A stretch of 64,000 nucleotides of DNA from a bacterium (GTDB lineage: Bacteria; UBA8248; JACPRG01; G963555815), in assembly GCA_965218795.1 (NCBI GenBank), contig OZ244653.1:128001-192000 (forward strand), given 5' to 3'. The notes beneath the pieces are model-generated. The model did not search any database. It worked only from the letters and a program-made list of their open reading frames with translations, and was not told the DNA's origin. Position numbers and translations under genes: made by a program. Positions 59,188 to 64,000 of the stretch are shown here, in pieces. Each line of letters starts with the position of its first letter. Position 1 is the stretch's first letter.

Positions 59188-61085
59188 GGCAAATCGTTCA
59201 CGGTTGCGCGCGCCAACACCTTGACAGCCGTCAAACTCGACTCCAGCAGCGCGTCGTCAAATTCCACATTATCAGCGGCATCGAACAAGGGTTTAATATC
59301 GGCCTTCTCAAAGAGTTGGAGTTCTTCTCCATAACGTCCGAACGTTCCGACAGCCCAAGCGGCTGCGTAGGCCCGCTGCCTAACCTCTGTCTGCAGTTCG
59401 TTCCAAAGACTAGGACTGAGCGACATTAGTCCCAAAATGTACCGATATGACAGCCACCCCGGGTCTCTCAAGTATTGCTTTGTCCGGCAGGCTTGCACTT
59501 GACCTTCCTCCGTCAGCGGTTGTTCCTCAATTGCTTGTCTTGCAACAGCCATATCCTTATCAAACGCAGAAGCTTCAACAGCTACCCCGGTCGCGGCTTG
59601 CTTGAGCGCCCACCCAAATCTTTCAATCCTCTCTTCCAGGACGTCGGGATCTGTGGCGACGGCATTGGCAACCGCAGCCAACAGGGTTCTGGCCATCTCC
59701 TCTCCTCTCCCTGTAGCGAAGATTTCACCAACGAAAGCCGAACGTTTCGCCGAACGTGGGTTCAAGAACGCGTGGTAGAGTTCATGCAGAAGCTGTGCGG
59801 TGACAAGCTTGAAAACCTCAGATTTCCCGCCACTCTCGTTCAGCGTCGGCGTATACAAAGACTTGGTATCCTCACAATAGAACGCCACGCCTAACGGCAC
59901 AGAGATATTCCCGCAATGGCTGTCCGACCTCATATCGTTTCCCAAGAAGATCCACGTAGCGGAGTTCAACAGGTCGTCGAACGAGCGCGCGAGAGACAGT
60001 CCCGCGCTCTCCAATTGTACGGCCGAAGCCAATAAACTGATGGCGGAAATGTTTAGCATCAACGCGTCAACTGATTCATCGGTGGAAAACACCATGACGA
60101 AATTAGTTGGCTGATCGGTAAAAACGGTTCGGTAGGCTTTCGGAAGGTTGGCGAACATGACGATAGATTGAACGAAGTCATGTATCGAGATGTTCGACAA
60201 ATTCGTGCTCACAAGATGCACCTCCGGAACGACCGAAATCAGTTGATCGAACGGTACACCCTTGCGGTACATCACTACATCGTCAGGCGAATACAATTCC
60301 GACAGAACGCGCGCCTTCTTCTGCTGCCGCGAGTCAAAACTTTTTTTAAAGTGCTGCGTGTCTCCTGCAATTCTGAACATTTCACCAAATAACACGTAGC
60401 GACTGAAGGCAAATACGTCGTGCCAATCCGGCTTGTACGAACGAGTTTTTAGAAGCATGTCTTTCAGCATCTGTCGCGCTTCCGGTTCGGTCAAGCCGCC
60501 ATCGCGAACTGCAGGAATCTGGCTGACATCAATAAAGTCTGTTGGGTAAATGTTCTGTTCGGTCGCTAAGGTGTATAACTTCCGAACTACATCCATGTTC
60601 CATGGTCCCGAGCAATAGTACCAGATTTCTGACGGGATCGCGTCCAGAGAAAATTCGCCCAGACTGGCTTCATTGATGCATGCTGCCTGTGAAAAATCCG
60701 TATGCGTCGCGTACTTAAGAGTCACCTTCTCGCCAAGTGTTGGCGACAGACGGGTCTTGAGGGCTTCGAGATTCAATTCCAAAGCGCGCCACTGGTCCCA
60801 GGGTTCTGTGTGCTTGGTAAGGGCCTTGATGACATCATCCACCGGGGTCATGGTCGTGGGGTCGGTCCGGCTGCCGAGATCAGACCCACGAGAGCCACGG
60901 TGTCCTTCCAAATTGATAGTTGGGATCGGCTTTATAGTCTGATCGGGTGTTATCACGTCCTCCACGATTACCACCAGGAAAGCACAAGCAACGATGGCCA
61001 GACTCTTTGCGGCTAACCCCCAACTTCGTGACACAATGAAGGTAAAGCAGATGAAGAAAATGATTAGCTTTGGTGCAATGTCCAT
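59172..61085 (-). CDS. Hypothetical membrane-anchored protein with HExxH motif (putative zincin)
   Basis: 637-aa ORF; two N-terminal hydrophobic segments; LLHELYHAFL followed by FVGEIFAT, later AYAAAWA. Confidence 0.7.
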   Translation of the reverse strand: MDIAPKLIIFFICFTFIVSRSWGLAAKSLAIVACAFLVVIVEDVITPDQTIKPIPTINLEGHRGSRGSDLGSRTDPTTMTPVDDVIKALTKHTEPWDQWRALELNLEALKTRLSPTLGEKVTLKYATHTDFSQAACINEASLGEFSLDAIPSEIWYYCSGPWNMDVVRKLYTLATEQNIYPTDFIDVSQIPAVRDGGLTEPEARQMLKDMLLKTRSYKPDWHDVFAFSRYVLFGEMFRIAGDTQHFKKSFDSRQQKKARVLSELYSPDDVVMYRKGVPFDQLISVVPEVHLVSTNLSNISIHDFVQSIVMFANLPKAYRTVFTDQPTNFVMVFSTDESVDALMLNISAISLLASAVQLESAGLSLARSFDDLLNSATWIFLGNDMRSDSHCGNISVPLGVAFYCEDTKSLYTPTLNESGGKSEVFKLVTAQLLHELYHAFLNPRSAKRSAFVGEIFATGRGEEMARTLLAAVANAVATDPDVLEERIERFGWALKQAATGVAVEASAFDKDMAVARQAIEEQPLTEEGQVQACRTKQYLRDPGWLSYRYILGLMSLSPSLWNELQTEVRQRAYAAAWAVGTFGRYGEELQLFEKADIKPLFDAADNVEFDDALLESSLTAVKVLARATVNDLPCEVR

Positions 61086-61502
61086 TCTTCACTCCGAGCC
61101 TGCGAACATAGTACCATTGAAGTCTGGCGAATCTTCGGTCTGAATGTTCTTTTTGGATGCCGAAACAGGATTGCTCATCTTTTAACTCCAATTACAGGGG
61201 CAAGGCCAACTGATTCTTTCCTGCTCGGACCTTTGATTCAGATTTGACTTCCCGTTTGAAGGGGGAAGGTCAGGGCATACCATTGAAATAGATTACGCGA
61301 TCCGGTTCGCAGTTGATCAGCATTTCCTGTCGCACTGGACACGGATCGGGGTTAACGATGTTTGAGTTGGATTATGCATCGTCAAGACTGGTTTGAGTCA
61401 ACGATCCGGCTGCTTTTCACACCGCTCCTCCCTATGTAGTAGAACTGGCAGCTGCTGTCCAGGATACGAATGAGAATGGCGTTGGCTAGGACCGGTCGGC
61501 GA

Positions 61503-61538
61503 CGAGGTGATCCCAGCAAATAGGACGGGTTGCTCAGG
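61503..61538 (+). repeat. Orphan degenerate left IR related to IS3 copies A/B
   Basis: CGAGGTGATCCCAGCAAATAGGACGGGTTGCTCAGG versus TGAGGTGGTCCCAGCAAATCGGACAGGTTGCTAAGG (31/36). Confidence 0.7.
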
Positions 61539-61624
61539 ACCATTCGGAGTTTTTTCTCTCACACCCGTCGCCCAGGAGACCACCAATCCGTTCACCGCCC
61601 GGGACCGGATCCTTTGGCGGGAGT

Positions 61625-64000
61625 CTAGTTCCGTAGCCGCTGTTGCCGAACGTCCCGGGTGTAGCTGCAGTCGGGCCAATTCGTGCATCCCAGAAAGCGA
61701 CCGTACTTGCCGGTCCTGGGTTGCAGCCAGCCGCCGCAGTCGGGGCATCCCTCAATGGCCTGACCGCAGTCGCGGCAACGGAACTTGCCCTCCGCCTTGA
61801 CGGGCAATCCCGTCTTGCAAGCAGGGCAGGAGGACTGCCTGTGCCCGCAGTAGGGCCAGTTCGAGCAGCCGTAGAAGGCGCTCCCGTCCCGGGCATTCTC
61901 GCGCCGTTCTAGCCTCCCCTTGACGCATGTGGGACAGGCCACATCGCTTTCCGGCGATCGCCCGAAGACGGTGACGTCGTACCCCTCATCGATCAATTCC
62001 AGCACAAAGGAGGAGGGCGGACCGCCGTCGGCGAGAAGGAAGGCATGGCGTCTGGCCCGCGTGATGGCGACGTACAGCAAGCGCCGCTCCTCGGCGTTCG
62101 GATGCCCTTCGGGTTGCGCGAGAACCAGATCCAGGAGCGGATCATCCACGATCTCGGATGGAAAGCCGTGTCTGCCGGAGCACAAGCCGAGCACCACGAC
62201 GTAATCGGCCTCGAGCCCCTTCGAGCCGTGCACGGTCATATAGGAGAGCCGCAGCCTGGGATGCTCTTTTGCCAGACCGGGCATGTTCCGAGGCCGCGTG
62301 TGCCTGTACCGGCCCAGCAACAGGACGGTCGATGTCCCGTCATGACCGGCCGCGTCGGCCGCGATCCGGTTCAGCGACTCCCCCAGCAGGGAAAGGCGTT
62401 CGTCGCCGGGAAGGCCGACGTGCACACTGGGCCGGTCCGCCTGGCGAACCGAACGGACCTTCTTGCGGATCTGCGCGGGGTTGCCCAGGACGAACCGGCT
62501 TGCGACCCCGCCGATGCGATCGGAGCACCGGAAGGTCGTCTCCAGGTCGACGCGCTCGCTGTGCCCGAAGCGCTCTCCGACCTCGCGCATGATGGCGATA
62601 TCCGACCCGGCGAACCGGAATATGGCCTGCCAGTCGTCTCCCACGGCGAACAGCTGGGCCTTGGGTGACCGGTCCAGCAACGCCTTCAACAGCCTTGCTC
62701 TCCCGGGCGAGATGTCCTGGAACTCGTCGACGAGGATGTAGCCGAACGGACTGGCATAGCGCCCGGACGTCACGTGGTCCGTGGCCTTGTTGATCATGTC
62801 GTGGAAGTCGATCTGCCCAAGTTCGTCGAGGGTTTCCTGGTAGCGCTCGAAGATCGGCGTGAACACGGACAGGAACGCCTCCGCCCGCGGGCGGTCGGAA
62901 GCGGTGGCGGCCCGTTGCGCCACTTCCCGGAAAGAAAGCCGGGACCCCTTGTAGTGCTGAAGAAAGGTCGCCACCAGGCGCGTGAACGGGTCGATCCGGC
63001 CCTGTTCGTCCAGGACCGTGAAGACATCGGCGGGGGGGATCGGAGACAGGGTCACTCCATGGTCGCCGAGTTTCCCGGCCAGGTTCCGGGTCAACGTGCC
63101 CGCGGCGTGTTCGTGGCTGAAGGTCTCGATGAGGACGGTGCCGCGCTCGGCGTGGAGCCGCCGCTTCCAGTCCCTCGACCGGAGATACTCTTCCCGGTCG
63201 ATGAAGGGAGGGGTATTCCCCGATGCGTTGAGCGCGAAATGCTCGATGTAGATCCCGGCGTCGGGAAGGTAGAAATCGGGCTGGTATTGCCGCCTGTCCG
63301 GTGTGGCGGTGTCGTGTTCGTAGGCGCGTTCGTACTCGTAGGGCACGCCGTTGAGATAGAGAAAGTTGGCGATGTCGCACTCCTCGAAGCTCTTGACCAT
63401 CTCGCCCTTCAACGAACGGATTTCGTGGCGCCGGATATAGTCCCAGTATTCGCCAAGAGTCTGGAACTCGTGCTCGCTCTTGTACGGCGCGAACTGATCC
63501 TGAAACCACTTGAGCAATATCACGGAGAACTTCCGGTCGGCGAGCAGATCGGCGACGATGCGCTTCAGCAGGTCGAGCAGGGCCTTGTCGTCCTCGGCCA
63601 CCTTGGCCAGCGTCGGACGCTTGCCCTCGGCTTCTCCGATGATCGACATGCCCAGGCTGTGGAACGTCCGAACGGTCATGCCGCGAGCCGTCTCCTTGTC
63701 AAGACGTCTCCGGACTCGATCCTCCAGCTCTTTCCGGGCGTCCTTGGCGAAGGCCAGGAGCAGCAGTTCCGACGGGCGTCGGTGGCCTCTCCGGACAAGC
63801 CAGCCGGCCTTGGCCACGATCACCGATGTCTTGCCGCTGCCGGCCGCGGCCACGACCAGGTTTCGTCCTTCGTCCACGACGACCGCTCTGCGCTGCTCGT
63901 CCGTGAGGGGCCGCGCCTCGACCTTGTCGAAGAACTCCCACGAACGGGTCAACTCGTTCGCGACAAAGGTCTTGTTGGCGTTCGTCCGAACACGATCGGG
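61625..64000 (-). CDS. UvrD-family helicase (helicase IV/HelD-like) with internal nuclease-like insert and C-terminal topoisomerase-type Zn ribbons; 5' end outside window
   Basis: AAAGSGKT, LVDEFQD, VGDDWQAIFRF, TVHGSKGLE, EERRLLYVAITRA; insert YQPDFYL...IEH; FYGCSNWPYC and FLGCTNWPDC. Confidence 0.9.
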   Translation of the reverse strand, partial: PDRVRTNANKTFVANELTRSWEFFDKVEARPLTDEQRRAVVVDEGRNLVVAAAGSGKTSVIVAKAGWLVRRGHRRPSELLLLAFAKDARKELEDRVRRRLDKETARGMTVRTFHSLGMSIIGEAEGKRPTLAKVAEDDKALLDLLKRIVADLLADRKFSVILLKWFQDQFAPYKSEHEFQTLGEYWDYIRRHEIRSLKGEMVKSFEECDIANFLYLNGVPYEYERAYEHDTATPDRRQYQPDFYLPDAGIYIEHFALNASGNTPPFIDREEYLRSRDWKRRLHAERGTVLIETFSHEHAAGTLTRNLAGKLGDHGVTLSPIPPADVFTVLDEQGRIDPFTRLVATFLQHYKGSRLSFREVAQRAATASDRPRAEAFLSVFTPIFERYQETLDELGQIDFHDMINKATDHVTSGRYASPFGYILVDEFQDISPGRARLLKALLDRSPKAQLFAVGDDWQAIFRFAGSDIAIMREVGERFGHSERVDLETTFRCSDRIGGVASRFVLGNPAQIRKKVRSVRQADRPSVHVGLPGDERLSLLGESLNRIAADAAGHDGTSTVLLLGRYRHTRPRNMPGLAKEHPRLRLSYMTVHGSKGLEADYVVVLGLCSGRHGFPSEIVDDPLLDLVLAQPEGHPNAEERRLLYVAITRARRHAFLLADGGPPSSFVLELIDEGYDVTVFGRSPESDVACPTCVKGRLERRENARDGSAFYGCSNWPYCGHRQSSCPACKTGLPVKAEGKFRCRDCGQAIEGCPDCGGWLQPRTGKYGRFLGCTNWPDCSYTRDVRQQRLRN

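Noticed and set aside
1-64000. CRISPR array, rRNA or tRNA genes
   Set aside because: No regularly spaced repeat-spacer units, cas genes or cloverleaf/rRNA signatures seen by eye; tRNAscan or Infernal would be needed to exclude divergent cases

Overview
Bacterial, mostly GC-rich DNA in two parts. Bases ~1-38 kb look like chromosomal housekeeping and catabolic sequence: trmJ-ade, a CitE-like lyase, HU, a molybdenum hydroxylase large subunit, an LLM oxidoreductase, an ICL/PEP-mutase family lyase, a GH20-like enzyme, two hydantoinase/oxoprolinase A/B pairs, MhpD/DmpH-like enzymes, an SDR, and UbiD with an NMT1-type binding protein. Gene remnants (pstS with a Pho-box-like site, a histidine kinase, an acetolactate synthase) and several families of small palindromic or dispersed repeats are scattered through it, including RAYT-derived miniature elements. 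Bases ~38.5-64 kb form an IS-riddled accessory/defence island. It has IS3, IS481, IS30, IS66 and IS630 copies or remnants, three adjacent tyrosine recombinase genes, and defence-associated cargo (NDT-like protein, Z1-domain helicase, DUF4338, DUF2971, HEPN, VapBC, HelD-like helicase), plus an uncharacterised two-gene membrane/HExxH module. The most notable observations are a mosaic non-coding repeat found at three core/accessory junctions, the RAYT-remnant elements with nested hairpins, an in-frame FseA-like (WEFLRRN) activator, and the divergent integrase trio with direct repeats over a leaderless promoter. No rRNA, tRNA or CRISPR array was seen. All family calls come from reading motifs by eye; no database searches were run.
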